Shown: positions 24,946 to 41,324 of the stretch, in pieces
How positions within the stretch are numbered: the stretch's first letter is position 1
How the letters are laid out: the number at the start of each line of letters is the position of its first letter
Assembly: GCA_964016885.1 (NCBI GenBank)
Contig: OZ024748.1
Location: forward strand, 52,700,001 to 52,764,000
Length of the DNA stretch: 64,000 nucleotides
Source: Eledone cirrhosa
Lineage: Eukaryota
Reading direction: 5' to 3'
Translations under genes and position numbers: made by a program
Notes under the pieces: generated by a model
The model's database searches: none
Seen by the model: only the letters and a program-made list of their open reading frames with translations
Told to the model about the DNA's origin: nothing

Positions 24946-24969
24946 TTACAATACTGTAGTATCATAATA

Positions 24970-25310
24970 GGCGGTGAATTGCCAGAGTTGTTAGAATGTC
25001 GGATAGAATGCTTTGTGGGGGTCCTTCCAGCTCTCTGCCCTTGAGTTCAAATTCCACCGAGCTCAACTTTGCCTTTCATTCTTTCGAGGTTGATAAAAAA
25101 AGTTCCAATCTAGTATTGGGGGCGATTCTTCCTCTATATCTCTTTCTCATTTCCTCTCTCTCACTTTCTATATTTCTCTGGAATAAATCTGCTGTACTCA
25201 GACCTGGAGAGAGATGGGCTCTGCCTGGCTTAAAAATGCCCAAGAAATGTCATATATCAATAGGCACCCTTATGACTTATCAGGAGTTACGGGTACATAC
25301 ATACATAGTA
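24970..25310 (+). mobile_element. SINE family C
   Basis: tRNA-like head, Meta-like core, long family C tail. Confidence 0.8.
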
Positions 25311-25707
25311 TCATAATACATTTTTAGTTAGTTTTGTCAGGAGTTAGTTTTAATTTCCAGATGAGACTGTATCATGTAACCCCTTTGATAACCCACCCAC
25401 CCATGCTCCCTGATGAAGCTGCCTATAGCTTTATAAATGTCAGATCTTAAGGAGTTCAAATTCAAATTCAAGCTTGCAGGACATCATATGACACCATATG
25501 ATCTGAATGCATTTTGGGAGTTTGGATAAGTTTGTATACTGTTGCGGAAGAGACATTAGATACATTATAGATCTGTACAGAATAGGTTTATTTCTTGAAC
25601 CAGTCTTCTTCTTCTCCCCCTCTTCCCTTTTCTCCTTCTTATTGTATGTGAGACATATATATAACATCAAAATGAGTTTCCTATCATTTGATGGCTAAGA
25701 TCTTCAA

Positions 25708-25990
25708 TACTTACATCCTACCAGTTGTGTTATATGGACGACAAGGTCACTTCAGAAGCTCTCTACATTCCAGAACCACAACATGAGACTTATGACTGGC
25801 AAGACTTACCAGACTTAGGCCAATTACATCCGTTGTCAAGTCAAGAGTACTCAAACTATACTGTCATATAAAAAGATCAACTCGTGGTGTGAGTAGCTTC
25901 TGCTTGGAAGGAAGGTTGGCTGGTAAGAGAAGCAGAGGCCGGCAGCCAAAACAATGGCTTGTTAATGTCAACTTATGGACTGGACTTGAT
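25708..25990 (+). mobile_element. Decayed RTE-like LINE fragment
   Basis: ILPVVLYG...VKSRVLKLYCHIKRS...CLEGRLAGKRSRGRQPKQWLVNV..WTGL. Confidence 0.7.
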
Positions 25991-26249
25991 ATTTGCTCTT
26001 TAAACTCTGCTATTTGTGATCACTTGATATTTGCTCTTTAAACTCTGCTATTTGTGATCAAACTTTGTGGAGAAAAATATCTCATGTTGATGCACAGTCT
26101 GCAACTGGTGGAGTTTAGCATCTAAGAGAGATATATATTACTATAACATTTTATAAGAAAAATCTAAATTTTCAATTACATAAAAATAATAAAGAAAAAG
26201 AAAGAAGCATTGAAAAAGTCTATAAATGAGAGGAAAGAGCAAGAATTAT

Positions 26250-26465
26250 TAAGCGACGTGTGGCGGAGTGGTTAGAGAATTGGATTCGCAATCGTAAGGT
26301 TGTGAGCTCAATTCCTGGACCAGGTGATGCGTTATGTCCTTGATCAAGACACTTTATTTCACATTGCTGCTTCTACCTGGAGTTGCGACCGATAGATAGT
26401 ATTAGCAATTGGAAAGACCAATGGGAACATTGTTCCCTCGGTCCGATTTGATGAAAGTCGATCGT
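26250..26465 (+). mobile_element. CORE-type SINE
   Basis: Homologous to 11728-11931. Confidence 0.85.
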
Positions 26466-26703
26466 TCCTAAAAAAAATGTATATCTAATGAGGGATTATT
26501 AAGAAAGAAAAGGGAAGGGAGAGAGGGTGGCAGACTACACCTAAGACAAAATGGCAAAGACATTGCTAAGAGCAATGGCCAGTGACAGCCACAGCAACAG
26601 CGGAGCCACCATGTGGGCAGGGCAAGTTAACTGAGATATAAAATGTAATCTTGACAGAATGCTTTACTCAACTGCTCTTGTAACTCACCGCTTGTTTATT
26701 TAA

Positions 26704-26922
26704 CCCTTTACCATCTACATTACTCTATATATACTATTATATTTTCATGGTAAATAATTTATCTCCCATAATTATCTCATAATATCGAATCTATGAGATT
26801 TTGATATTATTTATTTGGGGAACAATACCTTAACATCAGTATGAGAGGCCAGTTACGCCTGGTTTGAAGGGAAAGAGGTGAGAGAATTCTGTCCGGATAC
26901 GGCCAGTTTAAATGCTAAAGGG
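26704..26922. mobile_element. piggyBac-type (TTAA) MITE
   Basis: TTAA-ccctttaccat ... atgctaaaggg-ATAA; family copies at 37026-37231 and 39521-40069. Confidence 0.8.
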
Positions 26923-27192
26923 ATAAACGAGTATGAGATATCTAATGTAAGTACACAATAAAAATAGCATAAAATGCCTCAGAATCCATGATTGCTAGTT
27001 AAAATGTGATCCTAGATGGAACAATGTTGAGTGTAAGATGTCAGAAGTGAGTTATCTAAAATATGACAATAATAACAACAACAATAATCTGCAGTAATTT
27101 TAACAAGTGTTAACATATCTCAGTTGAAATCTGAAGAGGAAAAGAGGAAAGGTTGATATCTAGAAGACATATTTATTCTAAGATATGAAAAT

Positions 27193-28010
27193 ACATTAGT
27201 GTGTATATATGATATATTAGTGTGTATATACATTAGTGTGTATATACATTAGTGTGTGTATATATTAGTGTGTGTATATATTAGTGTGTATATCTATTAG
27301 TGTGTATATATGATATATTAGTGTGTATATACATTAGTGTATATATATGATATATTAGTGTGTATATACATTAGTGTGTATATACATTAGTGTGTGTATA
27401 TATTAGTGTGTGTATATATTAGTGTGTGTATATATTAGTGTGTATATATGATATATTAGTGTGTATATACATTAGTGTGTATATACATTAGTGTGTGTAT
27501 ATATTAGTGTGTGTATATATTAGTGAGTATATCTATTAGTGTGTATATATGATATATTAGTGTGTATATACATTAGTGTGTATATACATTAGTGTGTGTA
27601 TATATGATATATTAGTGTGTATATACATTAGTGTGTATATATGATATATTAGTGTGTATATACATTAGTGTGTGTATAAATTAGTGTCTGTATATATTAG
27701 TGTGTATATCTATTAGTGTGTATATACATTAGTGTGTATATACATTAGTGTGTGTATATATTAGTATCTGTATATATTAGTGTGTATATATGATATATTA
27801 GTGTGTATATACATTAGTGTGTATATACATTAGTGTGTATATACATTAGTGTGTGTATATATTAGTGTCTGTATATATTAGTGTGTATATATGATATATT
27901 AGTGTGTATATACATTAGTGTGTATATATGATATATTAGTGTATATTAGTGTGTATATACATTAGTGTGTATATACATTAGTGTCTGTATGTATATTAGT
28001 GTATATATAT
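27193..28010. repeat. ~16-bp ATTAGTGTGTATATAC-type minisatellite
   Basis: attagtgt recurs every 16-22 bp. Confidence 0.93.
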
Positions 28011-28329
28011 ATATATTTGTGTATATATATATATTGATGAAAATACTGTGTTTAGAGGGGAAAGAGAGAGGTGAGGGAAACGAGAGAAAGAGAGAGAAGT
28101 GAGAAGATAGAGAGAGTGAGAGAAGAGAGAGAAGAAAGAGATAGAGAGAAGGGATCATCATCATCACTCATCATCATCATTATCAGTGTTGCTGCTGTTG
28201 CTGCTGTTGTTGTTGTTGTTGTTGTTGTACTCATTTTGAAATGTATCCTTTCTTTCTTGGATTAAACTTTCATTTCTTTCTGTTTCAATAAATAAATGAG
28301 TGAAAAGGATGAAATGGATCTGAGATAAT

Positions 28330-30495
<2,166 letters not shown>

Positions 30496-31839
30496 TAGTG
30501 CTGAGCTTAATCAACCCCATTGTTTCCTGAAAAGTTACTTTATGTGCCTTTCTTATTGTAAATGAAGATTTGTTGCTGTTGTATAGATATTTCTAAACCT
30601 CACCATGACGATGAATTAATTTCTAATTTCCTCTTCTGAACATCTCTGATAATTGCAGCCATCACTTTACATCTCAACATTTTCTGATTCCTTTCTTGAC
30701 AAAATGGCAATATATAAGTCAAAATAAGAACCCAAAAAAATATAGAAAATTAAAACAAATAAAATTATTCATTATAATACTTTTTTTTTCCTCAAATTTT
30801 TACCAATTCTTATTCTAATTTATTTTATTTTCTGTGATTTAATTTCACTCAGTTTCTTCGTCATTTTATTTTTATTTTGTATTTGATGTGATTTTTAGTC
30901 TGTTTGCCTTTCATGGAGATTAGTCAGAAGAGAATGAGAGACATAGAGAGGGGGAGGGGGAGCAAGAGAAGGGGAGGGAGGGGAGAAAGAGAGGGTGAGA
31001 GTGAGAGGGAACAAATTATAAAATTGTGTGGGAAGGAGAAAGAATAAGCATGGCCAAGATATCACCCTACCTCTCTTTATTTCTCTGTTTCACTCTCTCC
31101 ATACCCATGTATTTAGCTCGGCTAACCGATGGGCACCCAATTTGGAGAATTGACTACTTGTCAATTTGTGTTGCATTTAATTCCAAAATCAATTACTCTA
31201 AGTCAATGCATGTTGTATTAATATGCAAAATTTATTTCACAAAAATAATTCAACAAAACACAAATATATACACACAGCTACAACTAAAGTTAGAAAATAA
31301 ATATAAGAATAGTTCTAAAAAAAATACAGAAAATTTATTTTGCAGTTTTTCAAAAAGAATCATTCTTTTCTCAATCATTTTCTTTCTTTTTTTTTTAATT
31401 TGTTTTCCTCATTAGTTTTTGTTTATTTTTGTATTTATTTCTTTATGTTTTTTTCTCTTGCATTTTAAAAATTTCTTCGTTTAATTTTGTTGGTAATTTT
31501 TGATAATTTAGATTTTTCTGTCATTATTATTATTATTATTATTATTAACATAATCATCATCAGAAATGAATAGAATGAGGTTTAATCCTATGAATTGCAA
31601 AAATGCGAGTGTGGGTTTAGAACAAAAGAATGCCAGAAAGATGAAGAGGAATTTAAAGTGAAAGGACTCGAAAAAATAAAGATCTGAGTTAGTGGAAAAG
31701 AAGACACACTATTCTGTTCCTAAGAACCAAAATTCAGGTTAGTTAATGTGATTTAAAAAAATATATATTTTAAGCTGTTGCATATTTATTTCTGACTTTA
31801 ATTGTTTGGTTTGGAAGATAGCATGTGAGAGAAATCAGG

Positions 31840-32190
31840 GCTTCTTCTACTAAGGATTCGTAAACCTAATGCTTACATCCAGATTGAATAATATTAAGTT
31901 GAAAATGCTTAAATATCCACTTAGATAGGACATCAGCCTATCAGAGGTCAAATGCTTCTAAATAAGGGCTTCTGCTAGGGACTCGTAAACTTAGTGCTTC
32001 AGTAGAGATTGAAGAGGCATGAATATCTACCTAGATAGGACATCAGTCTATCACAGTCAAATATTTCTACATAAGGTCTTCTACTAGGGACTTGTAAAGC
32101 TAATGCTTATGTTCAGATTAAGTAGTGTTAAATTGAAGAGGAATAAATATCTACTGAGATAAGACATCAGTCTATCACAGTCAAATGTTT
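31840..32190. repeat. Degenerate ~100-125-bp triplication
   Basis: cttctacta.gga.tcgtaaac...agataggacatcagtctatca occurs three times. Confidence 0.8.
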
Positions 32191-32334
32191 CTAAAAGATC
32201 TGAGACTTATTTCCTTGTGGGTAGGTAAACTAAGCTATCAAAAACAAAAGGTGTTCTTGGAAACAATAAAATCCCTGAAATGGATACCTACTCATCAGGC
32301 AGAGAAGCTCTCTCACACTCTTTACTTATTAATT

Positions 32335-32558
32335 ATTATTTTTACTTTAGGCACAAAGCCAGCAATTTGAAGGGAGAGGGAAAGTCGATTAAATTGACCG
32401 CAGTACATTACTGGTACTTTATTTAATCGCCCCCATAAGGATGAAAGGCAAAGCTAACCTTGGCGGGATTCGAACTCAGAACGCAAAGGGCCGTAACTCT
32501 ATTCAACAAAGGATGGTGTCCTCCGCTCTACTGATTTTACTGTCAATCCACCGCCCTT
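32335..32558 (-). mobile_element. SINE family A, long-tail variant
   Basis: Family match. Confidence 0.88.
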
Positions 32559-32829
32559 TACTTGACTTACTAATTATTACACACACAGTTACATAAAAAT
32601 AACTTGATCAACTATGATAGGGGAGAGTTATGGGTTTATATTGAATATCCCCCAGAATGAGAAACCTCACCCATAACACTATCTCATACACACAAGACTT
32701 GCACATGTGTCAAAATTAAAGGATTATGATTGAGAAAGGAATCAAACCATGAGAAAATATTTCACATTTTTATAAAATTAGTGGAATAATAATAAGAGTG
32801 TTGGATGATGTGAGGAGGTTGGGGGTGGG

Positions 32830-33470
32830 GGTGTAGAGTGTGAAAGAGAGGGAGAGAGTTATAGATAGATAGATAGATTGATTGAGATAAAGAGAGAGAG
32901 ATAGATAGAGAGACATAGATAGATAGATATATATATAGAGAGAGAGAGAGTGAGAGAGAGAGAGAGAGAAAGGGCAAGAGAGTGAGAGAGCACTAGAGAG
33001 AGAGATAGGGAGAGAACAAGAAAGAAAGAGCAAGAGGAAGAGAGAGCCAGATAGAGATCAAGAGAGAGCAAGAGAAAGAGAGAGAGAACAAAAAAGAGAG
33101 AGCAAGAGAGAGAGAGCAAGAGAACAAGAGAGAGTGAGAGATCAAGAGAGAGAGAGAGAGCAAGAGAGCAAGAGAGAGTGAGAGATCAAGAGAGAGAGAT
33201 CAAGATAGAGATCAAGAGAGAGCAAGAGAGAGAGAGAGAGAACAAAAAAGAGAGAGCAAGAGAGAGAGAGAGAGAGCAAGAGAGCAAGAGAGAGTGAGAG
33301 ATCAAGAGAGAGAGATCAAGATAGAGATCAAGAGAGAGCAAGAGAGAGAGAGAACAAGAAAGAGAGAGCAAGAGAGAGAGAGCAAGAGAGCAAGAGAGAG
33401 AGAGCAAGAGAGCAAGAGAGAGAGTGAGAGATCAAGAGAGAGAGAGATTAAGTGAGAATGAGAGAGAATG
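32830..33470. repeat. (GA)n-rich tract with GATCAA/GCAA interruptions
   Basis: Direct reading. Confidence 0.92.
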
Positions 33471-33679
33471 TCAAGTGAAGTAAGCTACTAAGAAAATAAT
33501 CCAGTGAGTAAAGTTTCAGCTGGTATTTCTACTTCGAATCTAATTAGAAACTTTGATATCAAAATTAACGGTTTATTGCCTCCCCCCCCCCTCACCTTCA
33601 TTTTAACGAAACAACAATAAATAAGAGAAAGGACTTTTTTCACTACAAAACTGAAGATGACAACATTTTTTCTTTTTTT

Positions 33680-35015
33680 TCCTCATCATCATATTCATTG
33701 TTATTCTCATCATAATTATCATCATCATCATCCTAACCATTGTTATCATCATCATCATCATCATCATCATAATAATAATAATAATCATTGTTATCATCAT
33801 CATCATCATCATCATAATAATCATTGTTATAATCATCAACAACAGCATCCTTATTTTTATTATCCTCTTCTTCATCATCATCATCATCATCATCATCCAC
33901 ATCATCATCATCATCATCAAAATCATAATTATTTTCATCATCATCATCATCATCAAAATCATAATTATTTTCATCATCATCATCACCTTCATCATCAGCA
34001 TCCTTATTTTTATCATCATCATTCTCATCATATTATTATTATTATTAAATAATAAATAAATAAAAATATAAATAAATCATTAATATTATCATATTATTAT
34101 CAACATTATTATTACTATTAATCCATTGTGAACAACAACAACAACAACAACTAGAACAACAACAACTAGAACAACAACAACTAGAACAACAACTAGAACA
34201 ACAACAACTAGAACAACAACAACTAGAACAACAACAACTAGAACAACAACAACTAGAACAACAACAACTAGAACAACAACAACTAGAACAACAACTAGAA
34301 CAACAACAACTAGAACAACAACAACAAAGAAGAATTAACATTATATGATCTTTTCTGAACTTGTAATTTTAAATTCCATGGAAGAGAGAATTATAGGATG
34401 ATGGTGGTGGTGAAGGGGGTGATGATGGGATGGTGGTGGTGGTGGTGGTGGTGGTGGTGGTGGTGGTGGCGGCGGTGGTGGTGGTGGTGGTGGTGGTGGT
34501 GGTGGTGGTGGTGAGGGGGGTGACGGTGGTGGTGGTGGTGGTGATGGTGGGGTGATGGGGGTGGGGTAGTGGTGAGGGGGGGGGGGCTTGAGGTGATGGT
34601 GATGGTGGTGGTGGTGATGGTGATGATGGTAGTGAAGGTGGTGATGATGATGGCAGTGGTGGTGGTGAAGGTGGTGATGATGGTGGTGGTGGTGATGAAG
34701 GTGTGTGGGGGGGGGGATGGTGGTGGTGGTGGTGATAATGATGATGACAGTGGTGGTGGTGAGGATGATGGTGGTGGTGTTGTTGGTGATGGTGATGATG
34801 GCGGTGGCGGTGGTGGTGGTGATGGTGATGATGCTCTGCGATGATGAAGGTCGTGATAGTGCTGGTTATGGTGATGTTGGTGGTGGTGGTGCTAATAACG
34901 ATAATGATGATGATCGTGATGGTGGTGATGATGTTGATGTTGATAATGATGATGATGATGGTAGTGACAATGATGATGATGATGATTATGATGATAATGA
35001 TGATGATGATGATCA
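33680..35015. repeat. Trinucleotide block: (CAT)n, 15-bp CAACAACAACTAGAA array, (GGT/GAT)n
   Basis: Direct reading. Confidence 0.93.
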
Positions 35016-35209
35016 AAAAGAAATGCAGGATCAAGAAAAATTAAGTCAGGTAATGCATTAAGCAGTCCTCAAAAGAAAGAAAAGCAGGAAGGAAAGGAGA
35101 GTGGATCCAAGCAATCACTTTATTATTCCAGTCGTATAAAAAAGATTGTGGTAAATTCATTCTGAATATTTTAGAAGGATCAAAGCATTTACCTGCTTGA
35201 AGACTAAGG

Positions 35210-35755
35210 TACCACTGTATACTTTCTTCTCTCCCCAGAGATACCTCTCTCCTCTTTTTACTCTCTCCAGGGGTACCTCTCTCCTCTTTCTTTTCTCTCC
35301 CAGGGTACCTCTCTCCTCTTTCTACTCTCTCCAGAGATTCTCTCTCCTCTTTCTTCTCTCTCCAGAGGTACCGCTCTTTCTTCTGTCTCCAGAGGTACCT
35401 CTCTCCTCTTTCTTCTCTCTCCAGAGGTACCGCTCTTTCTTCTGTCTCCAGAGGTACCTCTCTCCTCTTTCTTCTCTCTCCAGAGGTACCTCTGCCTCCT
35501 TTCTTCTCTCTCCCGGGGTATCTCTCGCCTCAGGTACCTCTCTCCTCTTTCTTCTCTCTCCAGAGGTACCTCTGTCCCCTTTCTTCTCTCTCCAGGGGTA
35601 TCTCTCTCCTCTCTCTCCAGAGGTACCTCTCTCCTCTTTCTTCTTTCACCAGAGGTACCTCTCTCCACTCTCTTCTCTCTCCAGAGGTACCCCTGTCCAC
35701 TTTACGCTCTCTCTCCAGAGATACCTGTCGACTTCCATCTGTCTCCAGAGGTATT
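35210..35755. repeat. ~32-bp pyrimidine-rich minisatellite with GGTACC core
   Basis: ccagaggtacctctctcctctttcttctctct repeated with variants. Confidence 0.92.
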
Positions 35756-36139
35756 TTAGTCAAAATAATTCTAGAAACATTGAAATAGAAATACTCTTAA
35801 TCTCTGTATATAAAGTATTTATTGAATTTTATATATTTTTGGTTCCTGAACAGGCATAGGTTATACAGTTGTGTCAATTCATATAATTGTCATTCCACTT
35901 TAGAGCTGAGACCCTTAAACCTTCCATTTTTTCTACACTAGTATTGTTAGATGAGCAATGTTGAAAATAATCATAAAAATAATTAAGCAGTATCTATTAA
36001 AAACAAAACACACAATTAAAGAGAAAAAAAAAGAAGAAAACACGGAAATGAAAAGAAGAAAAAAGAAACAAAGGTTCAAGCTCCGAAAGTAATGTTTATT
36101 TTTAATTTCAGTAAAGTGAAAGTGAAACAAGAGTTATAC

Positions 36140-36197
36140 CTTGTTTCAGGATACAACACCACATGAGACCTACTTCTACTTGATAAACAAATCACAT
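36140..36197 (-). CDS. Candidate 58-nt exon ((D)VICLSSRSRSHVVLYPET)
   Basis: tttttatttcatag acceptor, AAG|gtataa donor; the only open frame is the one required by the 45772-45808 candidate exon. Confidence 0.28.
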
Positions 36198-37025
36198 CTA
36201 TGAAATAAAAACTGTTGATGTTGACATAGGGAAAGGTATTTCTACTAAAGACCTGTTAAGTGACTTACATAACATACAATGTTACTATATTTCAGTACAA
36301 TTAGTACAGTGTGACTTATCACAAGATAGATTTTGTCTAACAGATTCTAGTAGAAATAAACAGATACAATAGAATTATAAACATAACTTACAGAAATACC
36401 ATAATCTATATAGACATCGATGTTTGTGATCACCGTAGTTACTCAGATAAAATCAGTCTAAATTACTAGGTTCACCAGTTCACTGCATCAACACCAGGTA
36501 CAACAAACCATTTCATAACTCTAACTGCAAACCTATCTGATTAAGAATTCACTAGCTAATGGACTCACTATGTCCATCCTTAATAGAGATGACTACATAA
36601 ATGTATCAGCATCCTTAGGATCAAGTTATGCAACTGTCTTGACTAACAGACACTTTGTAAATGAAATCTGTCATTGTTTGAGAAATTTAACACAGGAGTA
36701 AGCTATATTACATTGATCATTTGATTGCAAATGAAATTAAACTTGATATGTCAGGCATCAACTCTATGAATAAATAAATACTTCTATGTAGTTTTCTCCA
36801 CTTATGATAAACACTAGAAAGAAAATTGTCAGAGAATGATAATTTTATTTTCTAAGCTCTTTGTAAAAGTCCAAAAGATCAACTACATATACACAATGTT
36901 TGTTTACTACAATATTTTGTGATACCTGAAAGCTGTGATTCAGCTAATTTAAGTCACCGGTATCTGGGAGATATAGGGTTCAATTCCATATAGTAGCCAA
37001 TAGCAACTTATTTTTACATCTTTAA

Positions 37026-37231
37026 ACCTTTAGCATTTACATTACTCTATATTTACTATTGTATTTTTATGTTAAAAGCTTTATCTTACATAATTATCTC
37101 ATATAATATCAAATCTACAAGATTTTGAGAACAATACCTTAATGTCAGTATGAGCAGCTAGTTACAGCTGGTTTGAACAGAAAGTGGTGAGAGAATTCTG
37201 GCAAGATATGGCCAGTTTAAATACTAAAGTG
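37026..37231. mobile_element. piggyBac-type MITE with TTAA on both sides
   Basis: TTAA at 37022-37025 and 37232-37235; empty site visible in the paralog near 9146. Confidence 0.85.
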
Positions 37232-37749
37232 TTAAAGGATCTTCACCCTATTTAATAAACTACTTAATAGCTTCTCTGTGCATAAGTACATCATTTTATA
37301 TATTACCTTTACCTTCTCATCCCTTTGTCTGAGAGATCTACTACATATATTTCACAATAGAAAACAATACTTGCTCTTGTTTCAAAAGACAATAGAAAAG
37401 TTGGTTCATTAATGTCAATATATAAATATGAATTAGTCTACTGTTACATCGTTAACAACATTAAATTGGTGTTTTGATAATTAAGGAAAAAGTTCATTGT
37501 AAAGTACATATTAGAAGAATTAGTAGCTTTTATCTCTTGACAATTATTTGGCAATCCTTCATTATTATCTGTTGATCTTTTAATTAAATTTTAAATCAAA
37601 ACAACAGAGAAAATCAAAAGTTAATCTTAAAACAGTATTTTTAATTACTCTCGTGATATTTATGTTGTTATTGTTTGAAGATAAGTGTCCTGGTGCATAC
37701 TCATTAGCTTTATTGTTGCTTTAATCTATATTTGTTCATGTTGGTAGGG

Positions 37750-38066
37750 GTTGACTAGGTCTGTAACACAACATGTCGTGATGCTTAGTAAATTATATAT
37801 ATATATGGTTTGAGGTTGGATAGATATGTAACAGAACATGTTTTGATTCTTAGTAAATTATATATATAGGGTTGGATAGATCTGTAACACATGTTTTGAT
37901 TCTTAGTAAATTATATATATAGGGTTGGATAGATCTGTAACACATGTTTTGATTCTTAGTAAATTATATATATAGGGTTGGATAGATCTGTAACACATGT
38001 TTTGATTCTTAGTAAATTATATATATAGGGTTGGATAGATCTGTAACACATGTTTTGATTCTTAGT

Positions 38067-38103
<37 letters not shown>

Positions 38104-38160
38104 TTTGGGGTTTGATAGGTCTGTATCACAGCATGTCATGATTCTTAGTAAATTAAATAT
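37750..38160. repeat. 53-bp minisatellite, about 7 copies
   Basis: gattcttagtaaattatatatatagggttggatagatctgtaacacatgtttt at 37898, 37951, 38004 and onward. Confidence 0.93.
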
Positions 38161-38699
38161 ATACTAGCATTTTCTTCAACACGCTGATGCGTATGTGTAT
38201 ATGTGTGTGCATGTGTGTATGTGCATATGCATACATTTATATGTATGAGTATATAAATATAAACGCACAAACAAAGACACACAAAAATACACACACACAA
38301 ATATACATTCACACAAACATACATTCACACAAACACACATAGATTTACACAAACGCACACATACGTTCACACACAGTGTAGCAAATGAAACACCAGCTGT
38401 TTTGCTATAGTTTTTTTACCATCCCCTTCCTTCATTTTACACATACATTCACACAAACACACACACACACACACACATTGTGTGACGGATGGAAGACGCC
38501 CAAATTTATAATTTTATATAGAGATGGTTTGGGGTTGGATAAGTCTGCAACACAGTATGTTTTGATACTCAGCAAGTAATGTATATACGGTTGTTTTAAA
38601 TCACAATTATAACCTGTTCCCTCATCAGATACATTTTACATTCTAATTACTGAGGTCACACAAACTGATAGAAATAAGAGCAAATCATACCATATTATC

Positions 38700-38882
38700 T
38701 GAATTGGCAGTATCGGTAGAGGGTCGGACATGCTTTCCAGCATAGTTACGTCCCTTTATGATCTGAGTTCAAATCCTGCCGAGGTTAACTTTGCCTTTCA
38801 TCTTTATGGGGTCGATAAAATAAAGTACCAGTAATGTACTGGGTATTTGCTGGCCTTGTGCCAAAAGTAGAAACAATTATTT
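38700..38882 (+). mobile_element. SINE family A
   Basis: Family match. Confidence 0.9.
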
Positions 38883-39520
38883 ATGAAAAAAGGAAGGACC
38901 CATTGGACAGTGTAGTCTTATATATACTAAACTATAGGAAGGTCACAGATGGAACCCCTTCAGATAAATGTCTACAATCACAGATGACCTGGAGTTAAAC
39001 AATAACAACTTATAAAGATATAAATATCCTACTAATATATCTTAACTACTCCAGTAGAAGGAGCTTCTAAATGGTCAATGGACCTGCTAGAAATAACAGC
39101 GAAAAATCTCTTAAAATCACACTCTACCATCTTAAAAATTGACATGCTGGGTTTTTGCATATAGGAAAAAAATAGATTCAAAGCAGTTGATTTACCTTTA
39201 ACAACTACAAGTATAGCCAATATGTTATTTGGCACACTTAATTCTTACATTTATTACGTGGTTCTCATTCTTAGCAACAACTCTCCAGCAAATCATAACT
39301 GTCTTTGAGCAATTGCAGTTGTTATCTTGGTGAAATTTCTTTATAAACTTTCATTTGTAATACATTGATGCCAGTTTATGTTTTGTACAACCCTAAGAAT
39401 TTTAGTATTAATATATCCTCAATCTAGATAGATTATTTTCAAGTCCTTGTGCTAGGGCCCATGTACCTGATCCATACAACAACCCTGACTGAACAGATGC
39501 TCTGAAGAATGATATTTTAA

Positions 39521-40069
39521 CACTTTAGTATTTAAACCGGCCATATCTGGCCAGAATTCTCTCACTTCTTTCTGTTCAAACAGGCCGTAACCATTAAGGT
39601 ATTGTTCCCAAAATAAATAACATCAAAATCCCGTAGATTCTTTATTATAAAGGTAAGGTAAAGACCTCCTTCGGTCACAAATGACTATGGGATTTGTACC
39701 TAGAAAGTTCCCCTCCGAGGCACAAGTCCGCTTGTGGAAGACCAGCAGTCGCCCATGCATACCAGCCTCCCCTCTCCACATCACCGATGTTGTCCAAGAG
39801 AAAGACAATGGCCGATACAGCTTGACACCAGTGACATCGCAATTCATTTCTACAGCTGAGTAAACTGGAGCAACGTGAAATAAAGTGTCTTGCTCAAGGA
39901 CACAACACATCACCCGGTCTGAGAATCAAACTCTCACAACCTTCCGATTGCAAGCCCAATGCTCTAACACTAAGCCATGCGCCTTCTTTAAGCTGTGAAA
40001 TAATTATGTGAGGTAAAGTCTTCACTGTGAAAATACAATAAACTATAGAGTAATGTAAATGCTAAATAG
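39521..40069. mobile_element. Inverted piggyBac-type MITE interrupted by a SINE
   Basis: Reverse complement of 37026-37231, split at about 39648-39988. Confidence 0.75.
39648..39988 (-). mobile_element. Near full-length CORE-type SINE with (TTACC)n tail
   Basis: tRNA-like head, CORE-like domain, 3' end ...gtctttaccttacc. Confidence 0.85.
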
Positions 40070-41324
40070 TAAATATAGAATAAGGCAAAAGAAGGGTAAA
40101 ACTAAAAATGAGCAATGTAGGATTCAAAGATAACCAATAAATGAAAAAGAAATAATTGGCTTGAAAAGACAGTAGTAGCTGAAGACTAAAAGTATTTTAA
40201 CATGGCATATTTGTGATGTCTCTGCTAAAAGTTGAGATATCTGTTCAACCCAGATGTAGTATAAAATAGCAAGGTCATAACCATAAAGGCAACAATTTCA
40301 CCCAAGCTAAAATCTACATAACAGGTGTCCATGTTCATTCTAAGAATGTTCACACATTATTCAACTAGAGTGATAGCTAACCAATTAATGTCATGTGCAA
40401 TTGTATATGGAAGCTTGCAGTCATATATGTAAAAGGTAAACAGAAATAACAACACAATCGGTACAGTATATGGAAATATATATATATACATACATGGTTA
40501 GGTGTGTGTATATGTATTTTTTACACACAAAAAGTATATGCTTTTATAGACGTGAAAATAATGCAAAGAAGATAGGAAATAAAAGTATTTAAAAGTTAGC
40601 AAAGTTGATAAAGAAAGAGAGGGTGATAGATTCCAAAGATAACACAGCCAAAATAAATTGGAGTAGATAAAGCAGATTTAAAATTAACTCGTTTCTCGTC
40701 AGATATGTCTAGTTGATTGGCAATGAACACATTTTTTTCATTAGAAACATTTCTTCAAGCTTTCCTCTCACTCATTTTACAACGTTTTCACTAGTTTAGC
40801 ATTTCTATTCTTTATTTTATTTATTTATTTTTTTTAATTATCTGTTTTTTTATTATTATTTTTTTTTTTTACTTTTTTTTTTATTAATTTTTGCTTTTCT
40901 CATTTAGTAATCCTATAATATCCATCGTTATGTTTATCTTCCTTCCATATTTCCATTCAAGGTTCTTTATTTTTCTTCATCCTAGCCGAATGTTTTTTTT
41001 TTTGTTTTTATATTTGGAGCTGTGAAAGCTTCCTTTCTTATTTCTCCACCTATATAAAATGTACAGTTTTTCTCTGTCTCTCACATGCACACAATGAAAC
41101 GTAACTAAATACAGCATAGTGTGGATCACTTTATAAACTATACCATCTACAGCTTTAATAATGGTTTCTAATTTAGGTAGAAGGCCAACGATTTAGGGGG
41201 AGGGGAAGTGTGTAATATCTTCTATCAAACATGTCAATAAATTCGCTGACCTGTAATTTCTAACCACAATATAACAATAATGATAATAATAATAATAATA
41301 TCAATAATTATAGGACCAGGGCAT

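Noticed and set aside
25405-25446. Additional hammerhead (CTGATGA-AGCT...AGCT)
   Set aside because: GAAA core absent (ttataaatgtc) and stem I not supported; at best a decayed relic
27070-27150. Minus-strand exon after the acceptor cctcttcag
   Set aside because: Stops in all three frames and no nearby donor
39055-39069. tagaaggagcttcta shared with the 50.9-kb palindrome
   Set aside because: Only 15 bp of a self-complementary motif; flanks belong to a different repeat
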